A stretch of 64,000 nt of DNA. It comes from Longimicrobiales bacterium. Lineage in GTDB: Bacteria; Gemmatimonadota; Gemmatimonadetes; Longimicrobiales; RSA9. Each line of letters starts with the position of its first letter. Position 1 is the stretch's first letter. Where the stretch lies: the NCBI GenBank assembly GCA_036381255.1, contig DASVDG010000114.1, positions 12,326 through 76,325 of the forward strand, in the 5' to 3' direction. The notes beneath the pieces are model-generated. The model saw only the letters and a program-made list of their open reading frames with translations. It had not been told where the DNA came from and made no database searches. The translations under genes were made by a program, and so were the position numbers. Below are positions 29,991-37,442 of this stretch, piece after piece.

Positions 29991-30551
29991 TCAGTCTTCC
30001 AGGTCGCGTACGACCGTCGCCTTCATGCACGCGGCCCGGTCGATCCCCTCGTCCCGGTCCGCCGCGATCTTCTCCGGCACGTCCGTCATCGGGACGGTCC
30101 GGAACCCGAGCCGGTGGAAGAATGGCTCCTGCAGCGTCATCGCGAAGACGCGGCGAATGCCGAAGCCGCGCGCCTCCTCCACCAGCGCTTCCACGATCCG
30201 GCGCCCCACCCGCCGCCCCCGACAGTCCTCGGCCACCGCCAGCGCGGCGACCTCGGCGAGCTCCGGCGAATACAGGCGCAGCGCGCCGCACCCCACGATC
30301 CGTCCGCCGTCCGCGGCCACCAGGAACTCGCGGACGTGCCGGTAGAGCACGCCGACCGGCCTCGGCAGGACCAGCCCGAGGCGGGCGTAGGCGTCGAGCA
30401 GCTCCGAGAGCTGCACGACGTCCGCGAGGCGCGCGCGCCGCAACTCGAGCTCCGGGCCCGGCACGACCCCGGCCCGCGCCGTCTCGAGCGGCAGCACGAC
30501 CGCGTCCGCCTCCGGTGCCGCGGGGCCGGCCCAGCTCGCGGCCCGGCTCAT
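29991..30551 (-). CDS. GNAT acetyltransferase resembling the stand-alone (short) N-acetylglutamate synthase domain
   Basis: Start MSRAASWAG at 30551 (ATGA overlap with the argD stop). GCGALRLY...AEVAALAV..D.RGRRVGRRIVEALVEEAR and FF.RLGF are GNAT A/B motifs similar to the ArgA C-terminal domain. Position inside the arg operon. Confidence 0.65.
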   Translation of the reverse strand: MSRAASWAGPAAPEADAVVLPLETARAGVVPGPELELRRARLADVVQLSELLDAYARLGLVLPRPVGVLYRHVREFLVAADGGRIVGCGALRLYSPELAEVAALAVAEDCRGRRVGRRIVEALVEEARGFGIRRVFAMTLQEPFFHRLGFRTVPMTDVPEKIAADRDEGIDRAACMKATVVRDLED

Positions 30552-31708
30552 CCGAGCGCCTCCAACAGCACCGAGAGCCCTTCCTCGAGCTCGGCCGCAT
30601 CGATCGTGAGCGGCGGCAGCAGCCGAACCACACGCTCGCCCGCCGTCAAGACGAGCAGGCCGCGCTCCATCGCCGCGGCGACGACCGGCGCCGCCGCGCC
30701 CTCCAGCTCGATCCCCCACATCAGGCCGCGGCCCCGGACGGCCATCACGCCGCCCCGCCCCACCCGCGGCTCCAGCACCTCGCGCACGCGCTCGCCGCGT
30801 GCGCGCACCGCCTCCAGGAACGCCGGCTCGGCGATCCGCCGCACCACCGCCAGCGCCACCGCGCTCACCAGCGGCCCACCGCCGAACGTCGTCGCGTGGT
30901 CGCCCGGGCGGATCGCGTCCGCCACCCGGCCGGCCAGCAGCACCGCCCCCATCGGCAGCCCGCCGGCGAGCGGCTTCGCGAGCGTCAGGAGGTCCGGCTC
31001 GACGCCCGCCGCCTCGTGCGCGAACAGGTGCCCCGTCCGCCCGAGCCCGCACTGCACCTCGTCGAAGATCAGCGCCGCGCCCGCCTCGTCCGCGAGCGCC
31101 CGCAACCGCCGCAGGTACGCCGCATCCAGCGGGCGCACGCCGCCCTCCCCCTGCACCGGCTCCACGATCACCGCGGCCGTCGACTCCGGCCGGATCGCCT
31201 CCCGCGCGGCGGCCTCGTCGCCCGGCTCCACGAACCGCACGCCGGGCATCAGCGGAGTGAACGGCTCGCGATACGCCGGCCGGTCCGTCGCCGCGAGCGA
31301 GCCGAAGAGCCGGCCGTGGAACGAGCCGTGGACCGCCACCACCTCGTGCTTCCCCGCTCCGCCCCGCTCCCGCGCCCACCGCCGCGCGAACTTGAACGCC
31401 GCCTCGTTCGCCTCCGCGCCCGAGTTGCAGAAGAACACGCGCTCCGCGAACGACCGCGCGACGAGCTCCGCCGCCAGCGCCTCCGCCGGCAACGTGCGGA
31501 ACAGGTTCGACGCGTGGATCAGCCCGCTCGCCAGCGCATCGCCGATCGCGCGCTCGATCGTCGCATCGGCGTAGCCCAGCGCATTGACGCCGATCCCGCT
31601 CGTGAAGTCGAGGTACGCCTTCCCGTCATCGCCGAGGAGCCGGCTCCCCCGCCCCCCGACGAACACCGGACCCGCGGGGCGGTACACCCCCAGAAGCGGA
31701 CTGCTCAT
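30548..31708 (-). CDS. argD: acetylornithine aminotransferase
   Basis: Start MSSPLLGVYRP at 31708 (ATGA overlap with the argB stop). FCNSGAEANEAAFK, DEVQCGLGRTG and TLAKPLAGGLP (PLP Lys) motifs. Confidence 0.88.
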   Translation of the reverse strand: MSSPLLGVYRPAGPVFVGGRGSRLLGDDGKAYLDFTSGIGVNALGYADATIERAIGDALASGLIHASNLFRTLPAEALAAELVARSFAERVFFCNSGAEANEAAFKFARRWARERGGAGKHEVVAVHGSFHGRLFGSLAATDRPAYREPFTPLMPGVRFVEPGDEAAAREAIRPESTAAVIVEPVQGEGGVRPLDAAYLRRLRALADEAGAALIFDEVQCGLGRTGHLFAHEAAGVEPDLLTLAKPLAGGLPMGAVLLAGRVADAIRPGDHATTFGGGPLVSAVALAVVRRIAEPAFLEAVRARGERVREVLEPRVGRGGVMAVRGRGLMWGIELEGAAAPVVAAAMERGLLVLTAGERVVRLLPPLTIDAAELEEGLSVLLEALG

Positions 31709-32487
31709 ACCGCCAGCTCCCCCGGCATCCCCGCCGCGCCCGCCGTCCGCCCCAGCCACGTCCCCACCCGCGAGTCCGCCAGCGCCTCGACCGGCCCGAT
31801 CCGGACCGCGGTCACCCCCGACCGAAGCGCGCGCAGCCCCGCCTTCAGCTTCACCGCCATCCCGTCCCGCGCGACGCCGCACGACAGCAACACCGCCGCT
31901 TCCGCCGCGTCCAGCGTCGCCCGCTCCTTCGTCCCGTCGTGCACCCCGGCGACATCCGTGACGAACAGCAGCTCGATCGCGCCCAGCGCCACGGCGACCG
32001 CCGTCGCCACGTCATCCGCGTTCACGTTCAACGCACCGCCGTCCGTCCCCCGCGAGATCGGCGAGATCACCGGCACCACCCCGAGCGCGAGCAGCCGGCG
32101 CAGCAGCTCGCCGCGCACCCGGACGTTTTCGCCGACCCGCCCGAGAGCGCCGTTCGCCGCCGGCTCCGCGACCACCAGCCCACCATCCTCGCCCGACACC
32201 CCCAGCGCATCCACGCCCGCGCCCACGAGCCGGCGCACCAGCCGCTTGTTCAGCCGCCCCGACAGCACCATCGACGCCACGTCCAGCACTTCCGGCGTCG
32301 TCACCCGCAGACCGCTCGCACGCTCGACCGGGACACCGAGCCGCCCACAGAGCTCGTCCACCTCCGGGCCGCCGCCGTGCACCACGACCAACCCATCGCC
32401 CGCCCGCGCGGCCAGCTCGCCGAATCGGGCCAGCCAGTCGGGCTCGCCCAGCACGCGCCCGCCGACCTTCACCACACGCACCTTCAT
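31705..32487 (-). CDS. argB: acetylglutamate kinase
   Basis: Start MKVRVVKVGG at 32487 (ATGA overlap with the argC stop). VVVHGGGPEV and LNVNADDVA motifs. Confidence 0.85.
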   Translation of the reverse strand: MKVRVVKVGGRVLGEPDWLARFGELAARAGDGLVVVHGGGPEVDELCGRLGVPVERASGLRVTTPEVLDVASMVLSGRLNKRLVRRLVGAGVDALGVSGEDGGLVVAEPAANGALGRVGENVRVRGELLRRLLALGVVPVISPISRGTDGGALNVNADDVATAVAVALGAIELLFVTDVAGVHDGTKERATLDAAEAAVLLSCGVARDGMAVKLKAGLRALRSGVTAVRIGPVEALADSRVGTWLGRTAGAAGMPGELAV

Positions 32488-33446
32488 CGCGGCAGCCCCT
32501 CCGTCTCCTCGATGCCGAGCATCAGATTCGCGTTCTGTACCGCCTGCCCCGCCGCGCCCTTCACCAGGTTGTCCAGCGCCGCCACCACCAGCAGCGTCGG
32601 CGGATCCACATCCACCTCCGCCAACCCCACCACCACCACGTTCCGCTGCACCGCATCCGTCAACGACGGCAGCGATCCGTCCGCCCTCACCTCGACGAAA
32701 GGCTCCGTCGCGTACGCGTCCATCCACAGCTCCAGCGCCGCTTCGCGACTCGACCGTTCCTTCAACGGGACGTAGATCGTCTCCAGGATGCCGCGCCGAA
32801 CCGGCAGCAGATGCGGTGTGAAGATCAACAGCGCCGCGCTCCCCAGCCGCTCGAATCCACGCCTCAGCTCCGGCACGTGGCGGTGCCCGTTCCCCACCCC
32901 GTACGCCCGGTAGTCCTCCGCTACCTCCGCGAACAGCAGCTCCCGACGCGGCGACCGACCCGCGCCCGTCACGCCCGACGCCGCATCGATCACCACCGGG
33001 CGAGACCGGTCGACCAGTCCGTGCCGGAGCGCCGGCCCCAGCGCCACCAGCGCACCCGTCGGGTAGCAGCCCGGGTTCGCCACCAGCGCCGCTCCCCGCA
33101 CCTCCTCCCGCCACAGCTCCGGCAGCCCGTACACCGCCCCGCCTTCGCCACTGCGCAGGTCGCCGGACAGGTCCACCACCCGCGCGCCCGCCTCCCGCGC
33201 CCGCAACGCCCAGGCGCCGGACCGGCCCGTCGGCAGGCAGCAGAACACCAGCTCCACCCCGCCCAGCTCCGCCTCTTCCGCTCCGATGTACCGCCCGCCG
33301 CCCCCCGGAATCGGCGCGCCCGCCTCGGACTCCGAGGTCGCGAACGTCAGCCGCAGCCGGGGGTGCCGCTGGATGAGCGCCACCAGCTCGCGCCCCGCGT
33401 ATCCGCTCGCGCCGATCACGCCGGCGCGAATCTGCGTTTCATTCAT
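32484..33446 (-). CDS. argC: N-acetyl-gamma-glutamyl-phosphate reductase
   Basis: MNETQIRAGVIGASGYAG, NPGCYPT (catalytic Cys). Start 33446 is preferred over 33467 because 33447-33468 is an AT-rich ARG-box palindrome. Confidence 0.85.
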   Translation of the reverse strand: MNETQIRAGVIGASGYAGRELVALIQRHPRLRLTFATSESEAGAPIPGGGGRYIGAEEAELGGVELVFCCLPTGRSGAWALRAREAGARVVDLSGDLRSGEGGAVYGLPELWREEVRGAALVANPGCYPTGALVALGPALRHGLVDRSRPVVIDAASGVTGAGRSPRRELLFAEVAEDYRAYGVGNGHRHVPELRRGFERLGSAALLIFTPHLLPVRRGILETIYVPLKERSSREAALELWMDAYATEPFVEVRADGSLPSLTDAVQRNVVVVGLAEVDVDPPTLLVVAALDNLVKGAAGQAVQNANLMLGIEETEGLPR

Positions 33447-33450
33447 GGTC

Positions 33451-33468
33451 GATGAATAAATATTCATG
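33451..33468. promoter_or_regulatory. ARG box (ArgR operator), canonical type
   Basis: gaTGAATAAATATTCAtg: perfect TGAAT-N4-ATTCA palindrome, an AT-rich island in a 70% GC context, directly upstream of argC. A weak half-box (ATTCA at 33441-33445) sits at the canonical 3-bp box spacing. Confidence 0.75.
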
Positions 33469-33502
33469 CTGCCGCCGTGTCAAGGGCCGATGCGTGCGAT
33501 CG

Positions 33503-33518
33503 GTGCATGACAATGCAC
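33503..33518. promoter_or_regulatory. second operator-like palindrome GTGCAT-GACA-ATGCAC (TGCAT-N4-ATGCA ARG-box variant)
   Basis: Perfect 6+6 inverted repeat with the same 5-4-5 geometry as the ARG box, 36 nt upstream of it. TGCAT/ATGCA half-sites are, to my recollection, the form used in high-GC actinomycetes. Confidence 0.45.
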
Positions 33519-33600
33519 GGGTGGCGGTCGGTGAGGGCCGACGACGCGCCGGGCAGAGACGGGTCGGCGCCGCCCGCTCGGCCGCGCCGACCCGGCTCGA

Positions 33601-34065
33601 TCAGGGCTCGCCGGCGATGCCGGCGATCTCCTCGAGGCGCTGCTGGACGGTGGGGAGGTGCGCGGGATCGCGGAGGATGAGGAGAATGGTATCGTCGCCG
33701 GCAAGGGTGCCGAGGACCTCGGGCCACTCCTCCCAGTCGATGGCGATGGCGACGGGCTGTGCCCCGCCGGTGAGGGTCTTGACGAGGAGGAGGTTGCCCG
33801 TGCCTTCAGCGCTGACGAAGAGCGTGGGGAGCAGCCGGCCGAGGGGCGGTGTCTGGTCCCAGGCCTCGGGCGGGAGGGTGTAGTGCATCCCGCCTTCGGC
33901 GTCGGGGACCTTGACGAGGCGGAGCTCGCGGATGTCGCGGGACAGGGTGGCCTGCGTGACGTCCAGGCCGCGTTCCGCGAGGAGCTCGCGCAGGTGCTCC
34001 TGGCTGGTGACCCGGTGTTCGCGGACGATTTCGAGGATCGCCGCGTGTCGCTGTCTCTTGTTCAT
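33601..34065 (-). CDS. argR: arginine repressor
   Basis: 154 aa. MNKRQRHAAILEIV..H.V.SQE.L...L...G..VTQATLSRDI.EL winged-helix domain, then a C-terminal oligomerisation domain with GTLAGDDTILL. Confidence 0.9.
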   Translation of the reverse strand: MNKRQRHAAILEIVREHRVTSQEHLRELLAERGLDVTQATLSRDIRELRLVKVPDAEGGMHYTLPPEAWDQTPPLGRLLPTLFVSAEGTGNLLLVKTLTGGAQPVAIAIDWEEWPEVLGTLAGDDTILLILRDPAHLPTVQQRLEEIAGIAGEP

Positions 34066-34098
34066 GGAGGGGAGGATGCCGCCGGGGGCGGGGCGGCG

Positions 34099-34473
34099 TC
34101 AAGATTCGACTTCGAGTCGGTTCTTCAGGTCGCGCACGCCGGGCACGCCCTTCGCGTCCCGGAGCGCGCGGGGGATTTCGGCCGGATCGGGGAGCATGCC
34201 GGTCAGGGTGACGACGCCGTCATCGACCTCGACCAGGATCCGGTCGGCGTCGATCCAGGTGTCCTGGAACAGGGCCTGCTCGACGTCCGCGCGGATCCAG
34301 TGGTCGGGTCGCCGGCGGCGCAACAGGCGGCCGCGGTACGGCCCCTGTCCCGGCTGCGGCGGGGGCGGCTCGCGCCGGCGGCCGGTCCGCTTTTCGCGGG
34401 GCTCCCGCATCCCCGGACCGAACCCGAACTCGTACGGCCGGGCCGGCCCGTAGCCGATGTCCTCGCGGGTCAC
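34099..34473 (-). CDS. BON-domain protein with a G/Y/P/R-rich N-terminal region
   Basis: C-terminus RADVEQALFQDTWIDADRILVEVDDGVVTLTGMLPDPAEIPRALRDAKGVPGVRDLKNRLEV is a BON domain. The start at GTG 34473 (TREDIGYGPARP) is inferred from similarity to MRYDIGYEPRPR of the ORF at 27024. An internal ATG (MREPREK) is an alternative. No SD seen. Confidence 0.6.
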   Translation of the reverse strand: MTREDIGYGPARPYEFGFGPGMREPREKRTGRRREPPPPQPGQGPYRGRLLRRRRPDHWIRADVEQALFQDTWIDADRILVEVDDGVVTLTGMLPDPAEIPRALRDAKGVPGVRDLKNRLEVES

Positions 34474-34535
34474 GAGGGAGGAGTCGGGTCGGCCACGGCT
34501 CGGCCTCTCCCGCTGCTCGTCGCGCCCGCGCCGCC

Positions 34536-35135
34536 TCACGCCGCCTGTCCGTCCGCGGCCTCGGGCGCTCGCGGCGCCGGGCGTTCCAGTTGCCCCATCG
34601 AAGCCACCGCCTCGTGGAAGATGCGCTCGCGCCAGCCCTGGCCGATCTCGAGGGCGTCGATGTAGACCTGGACGGCTTCGGCGGGCTCGACCTCGGTCTT
34701 CAGCTCGTCCACCAGCAGCGATGCGCCGTGGAGATACGCACCCTTGATCTTGTCGCGCGCGCGCCCGGCGGCGCGGTCGACACGCAGCCGCAGCGATTCG
34801 GCCCGCCGCCCCCTGAGCCGCCGGGCGATGCCCTGGACGAGCCCCCACACGCCGTTGCTGAGGTCGAACATCGGCGCACCGACCTCCGGCTCCTCGGCCA
34901 GGCTCGCCAGCGCCTGGACCGCCACGGCCTCGCGGATGCGATCCGGCGTGCCGGTCAGCCGGAAGAAGATCTCCAGGCCGCGCTCGTACGCGACCTCCTC
35001 CCGCGTCACCCGGAGAAAGTCCCGCGCCGCCTCCGCGTGCGCCTCGATCAAGCGCTCCTCGGCCGTCGCCAGGGCGAGCGTCAACCGGCGGCGTTGGACG
35101 GGCGATCTCTGCAACGAGTGCCAGGCCGGGCCCAT
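34536..35135 (-). CDS. hypothetical helical protein (paralog of 25839-26519)
   Basis: Start MGPAWHSLQRSPVQRRRLTLALATAEERL at 35135. 199 aa. Ungapped by-eye alignment to the 226-aa paralog gives 24/67 and 26/84 identities in two blocks. Confidence 0.6.
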   Translation of the reverse strand: MGPAWHSLQRSPVQRRRLTLALATAEERLIEAHAEAARDFLRVTREEVAYERGLEIFFRLTGTPDRIREAVAVQALASLAEEPEVGAPMFDLSNGVWGLVQGIARRLRGRRAESLRLRVDRAAGRARDKIKGAYLHGASLLVDELKTEVEPAEAVQVYIDALEIGQGWRERIFHEAVASMGQLERPAPRAPEAADGQAA

Positions 35136-35202
35136 GATCACCTCGTGGATCCGAATTCCAGGGAGCCGTTGACTCAGCCCTCCCCTGCTGCAAGGCGCAT
35201 GC

Positions 35203-35255
35203 ACAAAGGGCGGCGGCCCCGGCTCCCCCGCGTGCGCGAGCCGGGGCCGCCGCCC
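35203..35255 (-). terminator. strong hairpin terminator after the secreted-protein gene
   Basis: Minus strand: GGGCGGCGGCCCCGGCTC - 12-nt loop - GAGCCGGGGCCGCCGCCC, followed by TTTGTG. 18-bp perfect stem. Confidence 0.7.
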
Positions 35256-35277
35256 GACGCCACTCGACCGCCGCGCC

Positions 35278-35898
35278 TCAGGAACCGCCGAAGAGCAACA
35301 CCGCGTCGACCCGGCCGTCCCCGTCGAGGTCCGTGAGCTCCGCGAGCGGACGGTCCCCCGACCGGACCTGGAGCACGTCCCCGCCGTATCCGCCGGCACG
35401 CAGCCAGCGCCCCTGGAGCGGACCACCGCCGCTTCGCCGACCGGCCTCGCTCAGCCGGCCGAACACCACGTCGCCCAGGATGTCGATCAGCGTCCCGCGC
35501 CCCAGCGACGCCTCCCGGCGCCCCACATCCCCGAACACGATGTCGCCCCAGCCGACGCGCCGCCACACGTCGTACCGGCCGAACCCCTTCTCCGCGCACC
35601 ACCGGCGCCCGTGCACCGGATGCCCCTCCCCGTTCCGGCAAAACTTCGGCCCACGGCCGCCCCGGTCCCCCCGGCGCCGGTCGTCCCAACGCCCATCCCG
35701 GTCGCCCCCCGGCCACGGCAGCACCACCGCGCCGCGCGCCGTCCGGATCCGCTCGCCCGCCGCCACCGACGGCAGCGCCCACTCCCACCACCCATCGCCC
35801 CGCGGCGCCTGCGCCGACGCGTCCACCGGAACCGCCAGCCCGAGCCCCGCCACGGCGATCCCCAGCAGCACCTTCTTCATGCTCACCTGCCTGCTCAT
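35278..35898 (-). CDS. hypothetical secreted protein
   Basis: MSRQVSMKKVLLGIAVAGLGLAVPVDASAQ signal peptide (start 35898 or 35880). Cys pair in FCRNGEGHPVHGRRWCAEKGFG. C-terminal DLDGDGRVD Ca-binding-like loop. Confidence 0.6.
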   Translation of the reverse strand: MSRQVSMKKVLLGIAVAGLGLAVPVDASAQAPRGDGWWEWALPSVAAGERIRTARGAVVLPWPGGDRDGRWDDRRRGDRGGRGPKFCRNGEGHPVHGRRWCAEKGFGRYDVWRRVGWGDIVFGDVGRREASLGRGTLIDILGDVVFGRLSEAGRRSGGGPLQGRWLRAGGYGGDVLQVRSGDRPLAELTDLDGDGRVDAVLLFGGS

Positions 35899-36131
35899 AC
35901 GTGCACCTCTCGCCGCCTCCTACACGGATGCGGACGTTTCCGATCCATTTTCCGTCACCTCGCCGACGTGCGCCGACGGGCAGCGCCGCTGGACGGCGCA
36001 TGCGCCGGCACGGATCGTGTTCCGGCGCTCCCGATGGCCCGCCCGCGGCGGCCGGCCGCGCTCCCGGAACGCGGCATGCGCTGTACCGTCGTCGGCGGCG
36101 GCGGGTACGGCATCGAAAGAGGGGGCGTCGC

Positions 36132-37031
36132 GTGGATCCGTTCACTCTCCGATCGATCGTCGCGGGGACCGATCTCAGCGAGCGGTCCGACGACGCGCTG
36201 CGTGCCGCGGCGGCGATCGCGGAGCTGACCGACGCCGCGTTGCACGTGCTGCACGCGTACGAGCTCGAGGCGGTCCGGGGCGGGCCGGGCGGCGCGCCGG
36301 CGACGTTCCCGGAGCGGGTCACGGAAGCGGAGCGTGCGCTGGAGGACCAGGTTCGTCGGGTCGTCCCCGGGTCGTTGCGGGTCGCGAGCCAGCGCGTGGA
36401 GGTGTACCTGCCGTACAAGGCGATCCTGGAGGAGGCGCAGCGGGTGTCGGCGGACCTGATCGTGCTGGGCCGGCACCGGGGCGGCGAGCCGCGGGCGATC
36501 CTGGGGACCACGGCCGATCACGTGGTCCGGGAGTCGACGGTACCGTGTCTCGTGGTGCCGGGCGCGCTGCGGCTTCCGCTGCGGGCCGTGCTCGTCCCGC
36601 TGGATCCGTCGAAGCCGGCCCCCGGCGTGGCGCGGCTCGCGCTGTCGTGGGCCTCGGCGCTGGGCGCCGGCGCGGCCTCGCGGCCGGGCACGGAGGTGCA
36701 CATGACCATGGTCCTGCCCGAGTCGATGGCGCTGGCGCCCGGGTTGGAGGACACGGTGCGCGCGGCCGTCGAGGAGGAGCTCGCGACGGCCGCCGGCCCC
36801 GGCGCCTTCCCCGCCGGCGTCGGCGTTCGTTGGGTCTCGCTCCGCAACGATTCGCCGGCGCGCGGGATCCTGCGTTACGCGGAGGAGGTCGACGCGGACC
36901 TCGTGGTCATGGGCACGAGCGCGCCCGGCGCCGTGCGTCGGGCGATCCTGGGGAGCGTCGCATCGGCGGTCGCGAAGAGCGCCCGCGCTCCGGTGCTCCT
37001 CGTGCCGCTGGGGCAGGTGCAGGGCGCGTGA
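36132..37031 (+). CDS. tandem universal stress protein (two UspA domains)
   Basis: GTG 36132 with AAGAGGGGG upstream. Two copies of the Usp pattern (...DLIVLGRHRGGEPRAILGTTADHVVRESTVPCLVVP and ...DLVVMGTSAPGAVRRAILGSVASAVAKSARAPVLLVP). The first 77 codons of the track ORF are rejected. Confidence 0.8.
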   Translation: MDPFTLRSIVAGTDLSERSDDALRAAAAIAELTDAALHVLHAYELEAVRGGPGGAPATFPERVTEAERALEDQVRRVVPGSLRVASQRVEVYLPYKAILEEAQRVSADLIVLGRHRGGEPRAILGTTADHVVRESTVPCLVVPGALRLPLRAVLVPLDPSKPAPGVARLALSWASALGAGAASRPGTEVHMTMVLPESMALAPGLEDTVRAAVEEELATAAGPGAFPAGVGVRWVSLRNDSPARGILRYAEEVDADLVVMGTSAPGAVRRAILGSVASAVAKSARAPVLLVPLGQVQGA

Positions 37032-37136
37032 GGGGGTGCGAGCGTTGGCCGACCCGACGAGTGGCTCAGCACACGTGCGGCGCGGGCGGGGGTACCCGGG
37101 CGGTCGCGGGGACCGGCCGCCGGGGTTGAAGACGAT

Positions 37137-37178
37137 GAAGGCGGAGCCCCCGACTTCGCGCCGAGGGGCTCCGCCTTC
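37137..37178 (+). terminator. hairpin downstream of usp (bidirectional candidate, no strong U-tract)
   Basis: GAAGGCGGAGCCCC - 14-nt loop - GGGGCTCCGCCTTC. Confidence 0.5.
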
Positions 37179-37226
37179 ATTCCCACCGTCATGCCCACGC
37201 GCAGATCGCGACGGGCAAAACCCCAG

Positions 37227-37298
37227 AGGCCCCGGGCGGATTCGAACCGCCGAATAGAGGTTTTGCAGACCTCCGCCTTACCACTTGGCTACGGGGCC
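37227..37298 (-). tRNA. tRNA-Cys (anticodon GCA)
   Basis: Minus strand GGCCCCGTAGCCAAGTGGTAAGGCGGAGGTCTGCAAAACCTC...GGTTCGAATCCGCCCGGGGCCT: acceptor stem pairs, anticodon loop CT-GCA-AA. No encoded CCA. Confidence 0.9.
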
Positions 37299-37303
37299 AA
37301 AGA

Positions 37304-37326
37304 AAAGGCGAGTCGAACTCGCCTTT
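37304..37326 (-). other. spacer hairpin between tRNA-Gly and tRNA-Cys
   Basis: AAAGGCGAG-TCGAA-CTCGCCTTT. On the minus strand it is followed by TTCTTT. Confidence 0.6.
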
Positions 37327-37330
37327 CCAG

Positions 37331-37403
37331 AGCGGGAAACCGGACTCGAACCGGCGACCTTCTGCATGGCAAGCAGACGCTCTACCAACTGAGCTATTCC
37401 CGC
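37331..37403 (-). tRNA. tRNA-Gly (anticodon GCC)
   Basis: Minus strand GCGGGAATAGCTCAGTTGGTAGAGCGTCTGCTTGCCATGCAGAAGGTCGCCGGTTCGAGTCCGGTTTCCCGCT: anticodon loop TT-GCC-AT. No encoded CCA. Confidence 0.9.
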
Positions 37404-37442
37404 GTTCCGGAGACTGAATTTTAACGATTTCTCGACCCCGAG

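Noticed and set aside
27121-30633. 1170-aa minus-strand ORF suggesting a giant ArgH fusion
   Set aside because: Only the last roughly 508 codons are ArgH. The upstream part runs through argG and the GNAT gene in a different frame and is Arg/Gly/Ala-rich. Similar over-extensions were trimmed at 1520-3379, 6121-7683, 6609-8816, 13071-15692, 16306-18186, 22133-24100, 37443-41000, 45299-47059 and 49458-51986.
33430-33447. Full second ARG box adjacent to the canonical one
   Set aside because: Only the right half (ATTCA) is present. The left half (CTGCG) does not resemble TGAAT. It is mentioned only as a half-box within the ARG-box finding.
35185-35215. Third ARG-box-like sequence TGCATGCGCCTTGCA (minus strand) upstream of the helical gene
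   Set aside because: Half-site spacing is 5 instead of 4 and the right arm has a mismatch. It also overlaps the tail of the strong terminator. This is insufficient for a call.
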